NCBI GenBank assembly: GCA_003220475.1
Contig: QHSO01000001.1
Coordinates: 4,346 to 68,345 of the forward strand
Direction of reading: 5' to 3'
Source: Candidatus Rokuibacteriota bacterium
Lineage (GTDB): Bacteria; Methylomirabilota; Methylomirabilia; Rokubacteriales; CSP1-6
Length of the DNA stretch: 64,000 nucleotides
Shown: piece by piece, positions 25,753 to 34,479 of the stretch
Layout of the letters: every line of letters starts with the position of its first letter
Numbering within the stretch: position 1 is the stretch's first letter
The notes under the pieces: model-generated
The model's database searches: none
Told to the model about the DNA's origin: nothing
What the model saw: only the letters and a program-made list of their open reading frames with translations
Program-made: the position numbers and the translations under genes

Positions 25753-27303
25753 CTACATCACCGGCCCGATGATCCAGGGCGCGAACTCTTCCTCGCCCAC
25801 GCCGCTGAGCTCGCTCTTCGTCCGCTTGCCCGACGCCGCCGCGACGATCTCCTCGAAGATCTGACGGCCGACGACCGGCAGCGGAGTGCCCTCGAGAATC
25901 ACGCCGCAGTTGATGTCCATGTCCTCCGCCATGTGCCGGTACATGAGGGAGTTGGTCGCGAGCTTGATCGACGGCACGGGCTTGCAGCCGAACACCGAGC
26001 CGCGGCCGGTCGTGAAGCAGATCAGATTGCAGCCGCCGGCGACGAGGCCGGTGATCGACACCGGGTCGTGGCCTGGCGTGTCCATGAAGACGAAGCCGCG
26101 GGTCGTGATGGGCTCACCGTACTGGAAGACGTCCATCATCGGCGTCGTCCCGCCCTTGGTGACGCCGCCCAGCGATTTCTCGAAGACCGTCGTGATGCCT
26201 CCCGCCTTGTTGCCGGGCGCCGGATTGTTGTCCATCGCCTCGATGCCGCGGCAGTACCACTCCCACCACTTGTAGCGGTCGATGAGCTTCTTGGCGACGC
26301 CCTCGTTGATGGCCCGTCGGATCAGCAGGTGCTCGGCCCCGTAGATCTCCGGCGTCTCGGCGAGCACGCCGGTGCCGCCGTAACGGACGAGCTCGTCCAC
26401 GGCCCAGCCGAGCGCCGGGTTAGCCGTCATGCCGGAGTTGGCGTCGGAGCCGCCGCAATTGGTGGCCAGGCAGATCTCCGACACCGGCTGCTTCGTGCGC
26501 TTGACGTCGTTGGCAACCGGCAGCAGGCGGGCGACCTCGGCCGCTGCACGCTCGACGGTCTTTCGGATGCCGCCCGCCTCCTGGATGTTGACCAGGTACG
26601 GCTTGCGCTCGGGGTGCCCCGGCACGGACATTTTCTGGCGCTCGACCATCACGGCGGCCTGGTTCACCTCGCAGCCGAGGCCGATCAGGATGTAGGCGGC
26701 GACGTTGGGATGCTTGGCGTAGCCCGCGAGCACGCGCTGCAGTGCCAGATGGTCCTCGCCGAACAGCTTGGTGCCGCAGCCGGACTTGTGCGTGATGGCC
26801 AGGACCCCGTCGATGTTCGGGTAGTCGCGCGAGACGTCGCGGAACTTGTCCTTCACGAACTGGCTCACGCTGGCCGAGCAGTTGACGCCCGAGATGATCG
26901 CCACGTAGTTTCGGGTGCCCACCCGGCCGTCCTCGCGCAGATAGCCGTCGAAGTGACGCATCTTTTCGCGCGGATAGAACTCCACCGGCGTGACGTCGAC
27001 GCCCACCTCGTAGCGGTCGGCGGCAAGCTCGCCGATGTCCAGGTTCTGGGTGTGCACGTGCTCGCCGACCGCGATGTCCTGGGTCGCGAAGCCGATCACC
27101 TGGCCATAGCGTCGTACCGGCTCGCCTCGGCGGACGGCGTGCCGAGCGATCTTGTGACCGGGCTTGATGTCCTGGCGCGCCTCGATGCGGGTGCCGGCGT
27201 CGGCGAAGATGGCGCCTTTGTCGAGGGGGGCCTTGGCAACGGCGACGTCGTCTTCGGGCTTGAGCACGATCGCGCGGTCGGTCAGCGGCATGATGGTAGC
27301 CAT
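25753..27303 (-). CDS. altronate/galactarate dehydratase family protein (UxaA-like, SAF + dehydratase domains)
   Basis: C-terminal 516 aa of track ORF 25753..27771. Start at M157 or M161. Strong UxaA similarity throughout (CGGSDANSGMTANPALG, FVFMDTPGHD). Confidence 0.8.
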   Translation of the reverse strand: MATIMPLTDRAIVLKPEDDVAVAKAPLDKGAIFADAGTRIEARQDIKPGHKIARHAVRRGEPVRRYGQVIGFATQDIAVGEHVHTQNLDIGELAADRYEVGVDVTPVEFYPREKMRHFDGYLREDGRVGTRNYVAIISGVNCSASVSQFVKDKFRDVSRDYPNIDGVLAITHKSGCGTKLFGEDHLALQRVLAGYAKHPNVAAYILIGLGCEVNQAAVMVERQKMSVPGHPERKPYLVNIQEAGGIRKTVERAAAEVARLLPVANDVKRTKQPVSEICLATNCGGSDANSGMTANPALGWAVDELVRYGGTGVLAETPEIYGAEHLLIRRAINEGVAKKLIDRYKWWEWYCRGIEAMDNNPAPGNKAGGITTVFEKSLGGVTKGGTTPMMDVFQYGEPITTRGFVFMDTPGHDPVSITGLVAGGCNLICFTTGRGSVFGCKPVPSIKLATNSLMYRHMAEDMDINCGVILEGTPLPVVGRQIFEEIVAAASGKRTKSELSGVGEEEFAPWIIGPVM

Positions 27304-27363
27304 GAGGTTCAAAATATACTCCCGTGCGTCGGGCCCCGAAGGCCTGCTATAGTCGGGAAGCTG

Positions 27364-28302
27364 ATGACAATCCGTCGAGTCATTTTGGCCGTAGACGACG
27401 ACCCTCGCGTGCTCGACGCTTACCAGGCAATTCTCGAACGTCGTTACGACGTCCTCACCGCTCCCGACGGACGCGCCGCGCTCGAGATCCTCCAGCAGCG
27501 CACCGTGGACCTGGTGCTGCTCGACATGCTCATGCCCGGCCTCAACGGCCTCGGCGTGCTCGAGGCGATGAAACGGCTGAGCATCGAGACGAACGTCGTG
27601 ATGGTGAGCGGCCTGAACGACACGCTGTCGGCCCTCGAAGCGCTGCGGCTGGGCGCGAGCGACTATCTCAGCAAGCCGTTCGATGTGGGCCATCTGTATC
27701 AGGTGATTCGCCGGCTGACCGAGGACCCCGACGCGAGCGAGGCCCCCGGCCGCTCGCGCGCGCTTCCGCACGCGCTGATCGTGACCGAGGACGCCGGCCT
27801 GCGGGCGGGCCTGGCGGTTGCGCTACGCACGCGTGGTCGTGTCGACGCGGTCGCCGACACGAACGCCGCGCTGTCCGTGCTGCAACGCACGCGGCCCGAC
27901 GTCGTGATCGTCTCCGACGAGACGGTGGCCGCCGAGATCGGCACGCACGGGAGTGTGGTACCCATCGTGCTGATCGCCGCCCGGCGCGCCGACTTCGAGG
28001 CCCCGCTGCGGGCGATCATCGATGCGCTCGGTGCGCGCCACGCCGACGTGCGGCCGTTCACCGGTCCGGTGCCGCGCGTGCTCGCGTACGTCGCCGCGCA
28101 GCGCGGCCGCACGTGCGTCGAGACCGTGGCCGCGACCGTCGGCGTCTCCCCGAGACATCTGGCGTGCATCTTCGCGGAGCAGATGGAGATGACGGTCACG
28201 GAATACGTGACGCACGTCAGGCTCGAAGCCGCGCGGCCGCGCCTGGCCAAGATGCTGCGGCGCGAGGTGTTCAGCGTGGCCGCGTCGTACCGCGCTCAGT
28301 AG
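27364..28302 (+). CDS. response regulator: REC domain + degenerate REC-like domain + AraC-type HTH
   Basis: ILAVDDDPRVL...DLVLLDMLMPGLNG is the receiver. C-terminus SPRHLACIFAEQMEMTVTEYVTHVRLEAARPRL is an AraC-type HTH. Confidence 0.75.
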   Translation: MTIRRVILAVDDDPRVLDAYQAILERRYDVLTAPDGRAALEILQQRTVDLVLLDMLMPGLNGLGVLEAMKRLSIETNVVMVSGLNDTLSALEALRLGASDYLSKPFDVGHLYQVIRRLTEDPDASEAPGRSRALPHALIVTEDAGLRAGLAVALRTRGRVDAVADTNAALSVLQRTRPDVVIVSDETVAAEIGTHGSVVPIVLIAARRADFEAPLRAIIDALGARHADVRPFTGPVPRVLAYVAAQRGRTCVETVAATVGVSPRHLACIFAEQMEMTVTEYVTHVRLEAARPRLAKMLRREVFSVAASYRAQ

Positions 28303-28311
28303 CTCTCCGCC

Positions 28312-29217
28312 TCAGCCCTCCGGCGACTTGATCTGCAGCACTTCCGGCGGCGCCGTTTCCAGCTGGATCGTCGTGTGGTCGATCCCGAACCTCGCGTGCA
28401 GCACCGCGTGCAGCGAATCGAGCAGGCGCTCGCTCTCGCGAACGTCGTCGACGACGACGTGGGCGCTCATCGCCTCGCGGCCGGAGGTCAGCGTCCAGAC
28501 GTGCAGGTCGTGTACCCGGCGAACGCCCGGAACCCGAGTGATCGCCTCCTCGATCTCCGTGAGCGACAGATGCGCCGGCGTTCCTTCGAGCAGCACGTTG
28601 ACCGCCTGCCGCAGCAGCCGCCACGTTCGCGGCAAGATCAGCAGCACGATGAGCGCGCTCGCCAGCGGATCGGCGCTCGTCCACCCGGTCGCGATCACGA
28701 TGCCGGCGGCGACCAACGCCGCCAGCGACGAGAGCGCGTCGCCGAGCACTTCGAGATAGGCCGCGCGCACGGTCAGGCTCTCGCTCGCGCCCTGGTGCAG
28801 GAGCCACGCGGCGAGGAGGTTGACGCCGAGCCCCAGCGCGGCCACCGCCGCCATCGGCGCCGCCAACACCGTGGACGGAACGTTCAGGCGATGCCACGCC
28901 TCGACGACGATCGAGCCGGCGACGGCGAAGAGCAACAGCGCATTGGCGAGCGCGGCCAGGATCTCGGCGCGGTAGTAGCCGTAGGTTTTCTCGGGCGTCG
29001 GCGGCCGGGCGGCAAGCCAGGTGGCGATCAGCGCCAGGCCGAGCGCGGTCGCGTCAGTGAGCATGTGACCGGCGTCGGCGAGTAGCGCGAGGCTTCCCGT
29101 CCACAGCCCGGCGACGAATTCGACGACCATCGTGGTGCCGGTCAGGGCGAGCGTGACGAGCAACACGGGCCGCGAGCGCGCGGCGGCGGTGCTGCGATCG
29201 TGGCCGTGCGCGACCAT
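28312..29217 (-). CDS. cation diffusion facilitator (CDF) family metal exporter
   Basis: 301 aa with six TM helices, HMLTDA motif and a C-terminal cytoplasmic domain typical of CzcD/ZitB. Confidence 0.85.
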   Translation of the reverse strand: MVAHGHDRSTAAARSRPVLLVTLALTGTTMVVEFVAGLWTGSLALLADAGHMLTDATALGLALIATWLAARPPTPEKTYGYYRAEILAALANALLLFAVAGSIVVEAWHRLNVPSTVLAAPMAAVAALGLGVNLLAAWLLHQGASESLTVRAAYLEVLGDALSSLAALVAAGIVIATGWTSADPLASALIVLLILPRTWRLLRQAVNVLLEGTPAHLSLTEIEEAITRVPGVRRVHDLHVWTLTSGREAMSAHVVVDDVRESERLLDSLHAVLHARFGIDHTTIQLETAPPEVLQIKSPEG

Positions 29218-29268
29218 CGGCGGGATCGTATCAAGCCCTCGCCGCGGTCGGATGATAGAATCCGCGCC

Positions 29269-29652
29269 ATGGCTCGCGTGCTCGGCATCGTCGCACTGGG
29301 CCTCGTCGGCGTCTGGCTCGTGGCTCACCTGCTCTGGATGGGCCCCGTCGAGGCGGCGGCGGAGACGACGGCGATGTGGGCGCTCGGTCTTCTCACCGGC
29401 GGCGTGGGCGTCGCCGCCGTCGTTCTGCTCGCCGTCGCGCTCTCGGTGGGCGGCACTCAGCCCGCGCTGCTGAAGTTCGCTCGCGGCGCGCGCAACGCGT
29501 CCGCCGTGCTCGGCTGCGCGCTCATCGTGGTAGGCCTCGTCCATTACCGCGCCACAGAGCCGCGTTCGGAGATCCATTGGGTGGTGCTCGGCATGGTCGT
29601 GCTCGCGGGCGCCGTCATCGTGCACTGGTGGCTGACGCGCGTGCAGCGCTAG
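29269..29652 (+). CDS. hypothetical small membrane protein
   Basis: M24 of track ORF. Four hydrophobic helices. No recognisable family. Confidence 0.35.
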   Translation: MARVLGIVALGLVGVWLVAHLLWMGPVEAAAETTAMWALGLLTGGVGVAAVVLLAVALSVGGTQPALLKFARGARNASAVLGCALIVVGLVHYRATEPRSEIHWVVLGMVVLAGAVIVHWWLTRVQR

Positions 29653-29744
29653 GGGTAATCGAGGAGCGCCACGGCTTTGCCGGGGCGCGTGGAAGTGCGA
29701 AGCCGCAGGCCGTTCGACGGCCGAGGCGAGCCTGCGATAAGACG

Positions 29745-30566
29745 TTAGGGGGCTTGGGGGCCGTGTCGGGGCCCCCATGTTCCATGGCGGCCGGCGCCGG
29801 CCGCGAATCGCGCGGCGCCGTCGCGACTCTCGCCCGCATCGATCGTCGCACGGCCCAGCTCGAACTCGCGCCGTAGCGCCACCTCGAGCGGTCCCCCGGC
29901 GCTCTCGTAGGCCGAGCGGCGATCGCTCAGCACGCAACGCGGCGGAAATGCCGCGATCTCCGCGGCCAGCGCCTCGGCGGCCGCGCGCGCGTGTCCCTTG
30001 GCGACGACGCGGTTGGCCAGGCCGATGCGCTCGGCCTCGCGCGCGTCGACGGGACGGCCGGTGAGGATCAGATCGAGGGCGCGCGACAAGCCGATCAGCC
30101 GCGGCAGCCGCACCGTGCCGCCGTCCACGAGCGGCACGCCCCAGCGCCGGCAGAACACCCCGAGCACGGCGTCCTCCTCGAGCACGCGCAGGTCGCACCA
30201 CAGCGCGAGCTCGAGTCCGCCGGCGACCGCGTAGCCGGCCACCGCCGCGATCGTCGGCTTGGACAGCAGCATGCGTGAGGGTCCCATCGGACCATCGCCC
30301 TCGGACTCGAGCCGATTGCCGCGGCCGCTGCCGATCGCCTTCAGATCCGCGCCCGCGCAGAACGTGCCGCCGGCGCCCCACAGCACGGCCACGCGCGCGT
30401 CCACGTCCGCCTCGAAGGCGCGGAACGCGTCGGCCAGCGCGGCGGCGGTTTCGCGGTCGACCGCGTTGCGGGACTCGGGCCGGTCCAGCACGACCGTCGT
30501 AACGGGCCCCGCGCGCTCGACGCGGACGGTTCTGACGGCGCCTGGCCTGTCGGCTGCGGCTCGCAC
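29745..30566 (-). CDS. enoyl-CoA hydratase/isomerase (crotonase) family protein
   Basis: WGAGGTFCAGADLK oxyanion-hole motif. About 270 aa. GTG start inferred after the upstream stop at 30596. Confidence 0.75.
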   Translation of the reverse strand: MRAAADRPGAVRTVRVERAGPVTTVVLDRPESRNAVDRETAAALADAFRAFEADVDARVAVLWGAGGTFCAGADLKAIGSGRGNRLESEGDGPMGPSRMLLSKPTIAAVAGYAVAGGLELALWCDLRVLEEDAVLGVFCRRWGVPLVDGGTVRLPRLIGLSRALDLILTGRPVDAREAERIGLANRVVAKGHARAAAEALAAEIAAFPPRCVLSDRRSAYESAGGPLEVALRREFELGRATIDAGESRDGAARFAAGAGRHGTWGPRHGPQAP

Positions 30567-30595
30567 GGCGGCCCCGCGACGTCCTCCGGCTCGCA

Positions 30596-31252
30596 CTACG
30601 ACCTCTCCCGCAGCGTGCGCGCGGCCTCGGCGCGCATCTGCTGCATCGCGCGTGTCTCCTGGCCGGAGTAGCGCTCTTCGGTCCACGGGTCGGCGTGCAT
30701 GTGGTAGCCGTTCTGCTCCCAGAAGCCCGGCGGATTCACGTCCAGGAACTCGAAGGCGCGCAGCCACTTCGACGATTTCCAGAAATAGAGCCGAGGCAGC
30801 ACGAGGCGCATCGGCCCGCCGTGGTCCGGCTCCAGATCCTTGCCGTTGTGCTTCAGCGCGAGCACCACGTCGTCGGCGAGCAGGTCGGCGAGCGCGGTGT
30901 TGGTCGTGTAGTCGGGGTCCGCGTGCTGCAGCACGAACGTCGCCTCCGGCCGCGGCCGCACGTGCTCGACGATGAAGCGGGCCGAGACGCCCTCCCAAAC
31001 GTTTCCGAGCTTCGACCAGCGGGTGACGCAATGGATGTCGGAGCGTACCGTCACGCGCGGCAACTGCAGGAACTCCGCCCACGTCCACGACGTGGGACGC
31101 TCGACGAGGCCGACGCATCGAAATGTCCAGCGCGCGGGATCGAAGCGCGGGGTGCGGCCGTAGGTGAGGACGGGCCATTTCTCGGTCCTCACCTGGCCGG
31201 GCGGCACCCGGTCGGCGACGGCGGGATCGGGCTTTTTCATGAGGGAAATCAT
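30596..31252 (-). CDS. sulfite-oxidase-family molybdopterin oxidoreductase domain protein (cytoplasmic, short form)
   Basis: M132 of track ORF. Moco-binding motifs (VTVRSDIHCVTRWSK, LALKHNGKDLEPDHGGPMRLVLP). No signal peptide. Confidence 0.7.
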   Translation of the reverse strand: MISLMKKPDPAVADRVPPGQVRTEKWPVLTYGRTPRFDPARWTFRCVGLVERPTSWTWAEFLQLPRVTVRSDIHCVTRWSKLGNVWEGVSARFIVEHVRPRPEATFVLQHADPDYTTNTALADLLADDVVLALKHNGKDLEPDHGGPMRLVLPRLYFWKSSKWLRAFEFLDVNPPGFWEQNGYHMHADPWTEERYSGQETRAMQQMRAEAARTLRERS

Positions 31253-31345
31253 AAACCTCCCCGGGGTGCTCGAACGACGGACATATAATGGAAGCGATCG
31301 AGGCCCCACCCTTGGGAAAGGAGCGCGGATGAAAGGACGACATGG

Positions 31346-32113
31346 ATGAACGGTGAGCGAAAGCTGGCGATGTTCATGGACTTCGAGAACATCGCCCGCG
31401 GCGTCAAGGAAGCGCAGTACAAGCAGTTCGAGCTCAAGCTGGTGCTCGAGCGGTTGCTGGAAAAAGGCAAGATCATCGTGCGGCGCGCCTACGCCGACTG
31501 GAACCGATTCACCGAGTACAAGCGCCCCTTCCACGAGTGGGCCATCGAGCTGATCGACGTTCCTCAGAGCCGCTACAGCGGCAAGAACTCCGCCGACATC
31601 CGCATGGTGGTGGACGCCCTCGATCTCGCCTATGGGAAATCGCACATCGACTCGTTCGCGCTCGTGTCCGGAGACTCTGACTTTTCTCCTCTCGTCTCCA
31701 AGCTGCGAGAGAACGATCGGTATGTGATTGGCCTCGGAGTGAAGTCCTCCTCGTCCGATCTGCTCGTCGGTAACTGCGACGAGTTCATCTTCTATGAGGA
31801 CCTGATCCGCGACACGAAGAAGACGCGGATGCTGTCGGGGTTGCCGGAGAAGAAAGCGGAGGCGATGGCGCAGCTCATCGACGCCATCCAGGCGCTCCAG
31901 CGTGAGAACAAGGAGACGCTCTGGGGGTCGATGGTCAAGCAGACGATGATCCGGAAGAACCCGGCCTTCAACGAGTCGTATTACGGCTACTCGACGTTCA
32001 GCAAGCTGCTCGAGGAGGCCGCCAAGCAGCGGATCGTCACCCTCGAGCGGGACGAGAAGTCCGGCACCTACATCATCACCGCGCTCTCCGAAGACTCCGG
32101 GCGCGCGGCGTAG
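31346..32113 (+). CDS. NYN-domain (LabA-like) protein with C-terminal OST-HTH/LOTUS domain
   Basis: KLAMFMDFENI...ADIRMVVDALDLA...FALVSGDSDFSPLV is a NYN nuclease fold. The C-terminal 90 aa match a LOTUS domain. Roughly 10% lower GC than the window average. Confidence 0.8.
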   Translation: MNGERKLAMFMDFENIARGVKEAQYKQFELKLVLERLLEKGKIIVRRAYADWNRFTEYKRPFHEWAIELIDVPQSRYSGKNSADIRMVVDALDLAYGKSHIDSFALVSGDSDFSPLVSKLRENDRYVIGLGVKSSSSDLLVGNCDEFIFYEDLIRDTKKTRMLSGLPEKKAEAMAQLIDAIQALQRENKETLWGSMVKQTMIRKNPAFNESYYGYSTFSKLLEEAAKQRIVTLERDEKSGTYIITALSEDSGRAA

Positions 32114-32120
32114 CCACGGC

Positions 32121-32648
32121 TCATTCCGGGCCCTGCCCCGGATTCGGCGGCGGCACCACCCTGAGGGTCTGGTTCCAGACCCTCAGGAACGCCGCAACCT
32201 CGGGATCGCCCGTGCGCTTGTCGGGTCCGTAGACGGTCACCTCGTGAGAGCGCTCGTCCATCGTGATGCGCAGGACCAGCGCCGCCGCCGGCGAGACCTC
32301 GAAGGTGTATTCCGGAGCCAGGGAGTGAAAATTCGCCGCCCGCACGACCGCGACGAGCTGCTCGAGCTCGCGCCGCGGCACTTTCACCGAACGCGTGTGA
32401 ATGCCCTTGGGACTGCCGCGGCCGCTTCGCTGAACCTCTTGCACGGCCTTGCCGTCGGCGCTGAGCGTCAGCGTCCAGCGATGCCACTCGCGCGGCGCGG
32501 AGCCCTCCGCGCCCACGGCCGGCAGCGCGGGATAGTACTCGGCCGTCAGCCTGAAATCCCGCGGGACGGCGTCGGCGCCCATGGCGGCGGAGGCGCCGAG
32601 CAAGGCGAGGCTCGCGCAGATCGAAAAGACGACACGGCGGATCAGCAC
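32121..32648 (-). CDS. hypothetical secreted protein
   Basis: Signal peptide (VFSICASLALLGASAAMGADA). No recognised domain. Start trimmed to GTG (V21 of track ORF). Confidence 0.4.
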   Translation of the reverse strand: MLIRRVVFSICASLALLGASAAMGADAVPRDFRLTAEYYPALPAVGAEGSAPREWHRWTLTLSADGKAVQEVQRSGRGSPKGIHTRSVKVPRRELEQLVAVVRAANFHSLAPEYTFEVSPAAALVLRITMDERSHEVTVYGPDKRTGDPEVAAFLRVWNQTLRVVPPPNPGQGPE

Positions 32649-32653
32649 CGAAC

Positions 32654-33016
32654 CTAGGAGATTCGCCGCCAGCGCCCGGCGTCGGACACGAACGCCGTCA
32701 GCACCCACGACACGACGGAGATCACCAGCGCGCCCAGGAACGCGGCGCCGAAGCCGTGGACGGTGAAGCCCGGCACCAGCCGCGAGGTGAGCCAGAGACA
32801 GAACGCGTTGAGCACGAAGATGAACAGGCCGAGCGTGAGGAGCGTGATCGGCAGCGTCAGGAAGATCAGCACGGGACGCACGATCGCGTTGACGAGTCCG
32901 AGCACGAGGGCCGCCAGCAGCGTGGAGCCGACGTCGGCGAGCGTGATCCCGGGGATCAGCGAGGCCGCCACCCAGAGCGCGGCGGCGTTGATCAGCACGC
33001 GGAGCAGAAAGCCCAC
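32654..33016 (-). CDS. DUF360 / Phage_holin_4_2 family 4-TM membrane protein
   Basis: VGFLLRVLINAAALWVAASLIPGI...LVLGLVNAIVRPVLIFLTLPITLLTLGLF fits the family. It stands alone with no phage genes nearby. Confidence 0.55.
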   Translation of the reverse strand: MGFLLRVLINAAALWVAASLIPGITLADVGSTLLAALVLGLVNAIVRPVLIFLTLPITLLTLGLFIFVLNAFCLWLTSRLVPGFTVHGFGAAFLGALVISVVSWVLTAFVSDAGRWRRIS

Positions 33017-33023
33017 GCGATGC

Positions 33024-33485
33024 TCAGTGCGGGCCGAGCGAGAGCCAGATGGCGCGGTCGAGCGACAGGATGCCGGCACCGCCGATGAGGATCGCGAGCG
33101 CCATCGCGATGAGCGCGAGGTTGAACTCGAAGCCCGGCCCCTTGCCCGGGACGCCGAGATTCAGGAAGAAGCCGTGCTTGCCGTGGACCTTGGCAATGGC
33201 CACCAGCATGACCACGATGATGCCGACGGCCGCCGGGCGCGCGAGCAATCCGACGATCATGCCGAGGCCGCCGAGGAACTCGATGAACGCCACCAGCACG
33301 GCCGCCGCCGGCGGCACGCCCATGCCGCGGAACATTTTGACGGTGCCGCCGAGCCCGTGGCCGCCGAACCAGCCCAGCACCTTTTGTGATCCGTGTGCGA
33401 AGAAGATCACGCCGAGCCCGAGGCGCACGACGAGCAGCGACCAGGAGGGAAAGGTGCCGAGCACGGCGTCCAGTGCGCCAGCCAT
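33024..33485 (-). CDS. DoxX family membrane protein
   Basis: 153 aa. RLGLGVIFFAHGSQKVLGWFGGHGLGG... GGAGG lies upstream of the ATG. Confidence 0.8.
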   Translation of the reverse strand: MAGALDAVLGTFPSWSLLVVRLGLGVIFFAHGSQKVLGWFGGHGLGGTVKMFRGMGVPPAAAVLVAFIEFLGGLGMIVGLLARPAAVGIIVVMLVAIAKVHGKHGFFLNLGVPGKGPGFEFNLALIAMALAILIGGAGILSLDRAIWLSLGPH

Positions 33486-33503
33486 GTGGTATCCTCCCCC
33501 GTC

Positions 33504-34142
33504 GTGATCGGTCCGTTCGCGAGCTCTCCGACGCCGCGGCGAGTCTACACCATCACGCTCACGCTCACGATCGCCCTCACGCTCCTCGGCCTCGGCTGCC
33601 ACGCGCCGGCGCCGGGGGCGGCCGACCGTCTCGTCGTCGAGACGCGGATGTCGAAGGGGCCGGCGACGGCGCCGGTGACGATCGTCGAGTTCTCGGATTA
33701 CCAGTGACCGTTCTGCCGACGCGTCCAGCGGTCGCTGGAGCAGATCCTCAGGGAGTACGATGGTCGGGTGCGTCTGGTCTACAAAGACTTCCCCCTGCCG
33801 TCCCACTCCCTGGCCATGCCCGCGCACGAGGCGGCGCGCTGCGCGGGCGATCAGGGCCGGTACTGGGCGTATCACGACGTGCTGTTCGAGCGTCAGCCGC
33901 GCTTCGAGCGTCAGGACCTCGTCGATTACGCGATCAACCTCAATCTCGACCGCGAGCGCTTCGAGCGCTGCCTGGATGGTCACCAGTACCGCGCCGCCGT
34001 CGAGGCGGATTTCGCGGAAGGCCGCGAGCTGGGTGTGCGCAGCACGCCGACGTTCCTCATCAACGGCAAGCCGCTCGTGGGCGCACAGCCCATCGAGAAT
34101 TTCCGCGCCGCCATCGACGAGGCGCTCCGGGTGCGCCGCTGA
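33504..34142 (+). CDS. DsbA-like thiol:disulfide oxidoreductase selenoprotein (U-P-F-C active site; Sec at TGA 33705-33707)
   Basis: Track ORFs 33393..33707 and 33768..34142 share a frame, separated by TGA plus 20 sense codons. Product reads ...VTIVEFSDYQ-U-PFCRRVQRSLEQILREYDGRVRLVYKDFPLPSHSLAMPAHEAARCAG..., i.e. the DsbA signature DYQCPFC with Sec at the first Cys. N-terminal signal or lipoprotein-like peptide. The start is uncertain (GTG 33486 or 33504) because the divergent DoxX gene occupies everything below 33485. Confidence 0.7.
33724..33739 (+). promoter_or_regulatory. candidate SECIS hairpin 16 nt downstream of UGA (UCCAGC-GGUC-GCUGGA)
   Basis: 6-bp stem with a GGUC loop, read directly from the sequence. 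Confidence 0.35.
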
Positions 34143-34468
34143 TGGCCTTCGTGCGTGTCGCCCGCGGCGACGACATTCCCGCCGGGCGCGGCCGGCTCGT
34201 CGAGGCCGGCGCGCATACGCTCGCGGTGTTCAATGGCGGCGACGGTCGCTTCTATGCGGTGAGCGCGTTGTGTCCGCACGAAGACGGGCCGCTCGCCGAC
34301 GGCTGGATCGAAGGCGACGCGGTGGTGTGTCCGTGGCATGGCTTCGACTTCGATCTGGCGACGGGACAGTGTCGCGTGGCCGACGAGCTGTCGATCGGCG
34401 TCTTCCCCACGCGCGTGGTGAACGGCATCGTCGAGGTAGACGTTTCTGACCAACCCCAAAGGTGCTAG
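34142..34468 (+). CDS. Rieske [2Fe-2S] domain protein (NirD-like small subunit type)
   Basis: 108 aa. CPHEDGPL...CPWHGFDFD. TGATG overlap with the selenoprotein gene. Confidence 0.8.
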   Translation: MAFVRVARGDDIPAGRGRLVEAGAHTLAVFNGGDGRFYAVSALCPHEDGPLADGWIEGDAVVCPWHGFDFDLATGQCRVADELSIGVFPTRVVNGIVEVDVSDQPQRC

Positions 34469-34479
34469 GGTAACCAGCC

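Noticed and set aside
29756-29776. GC-rich hairpin GGGGGCC-GUGUCGG-GGCCCCC as a terminator
   Set aside because: It lies inside the last 10 codons of the crotonase gene, not downstream of a stop, and has no U-tract.
32654-33016. Phage_holin_4_2/DUF360 gene as evidence of a prophage
   Set aside because: It is a single gene with no neighbouring integrase, terminase, capsid or lysin genes. This family is widespread as a chromosomal membrane protein.
33393-33503. N-terminal 37 codons of track ORF 33393..33707 as part of the DsbA-like protein
   Set aside because: This stretch overlaps the DoxX gene on the other strand (the DoxX start lies at 33483-33485). The translation is Glu/His/Pro low-complexity. 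A signal-peptide-like start follows at about 33486-33504.
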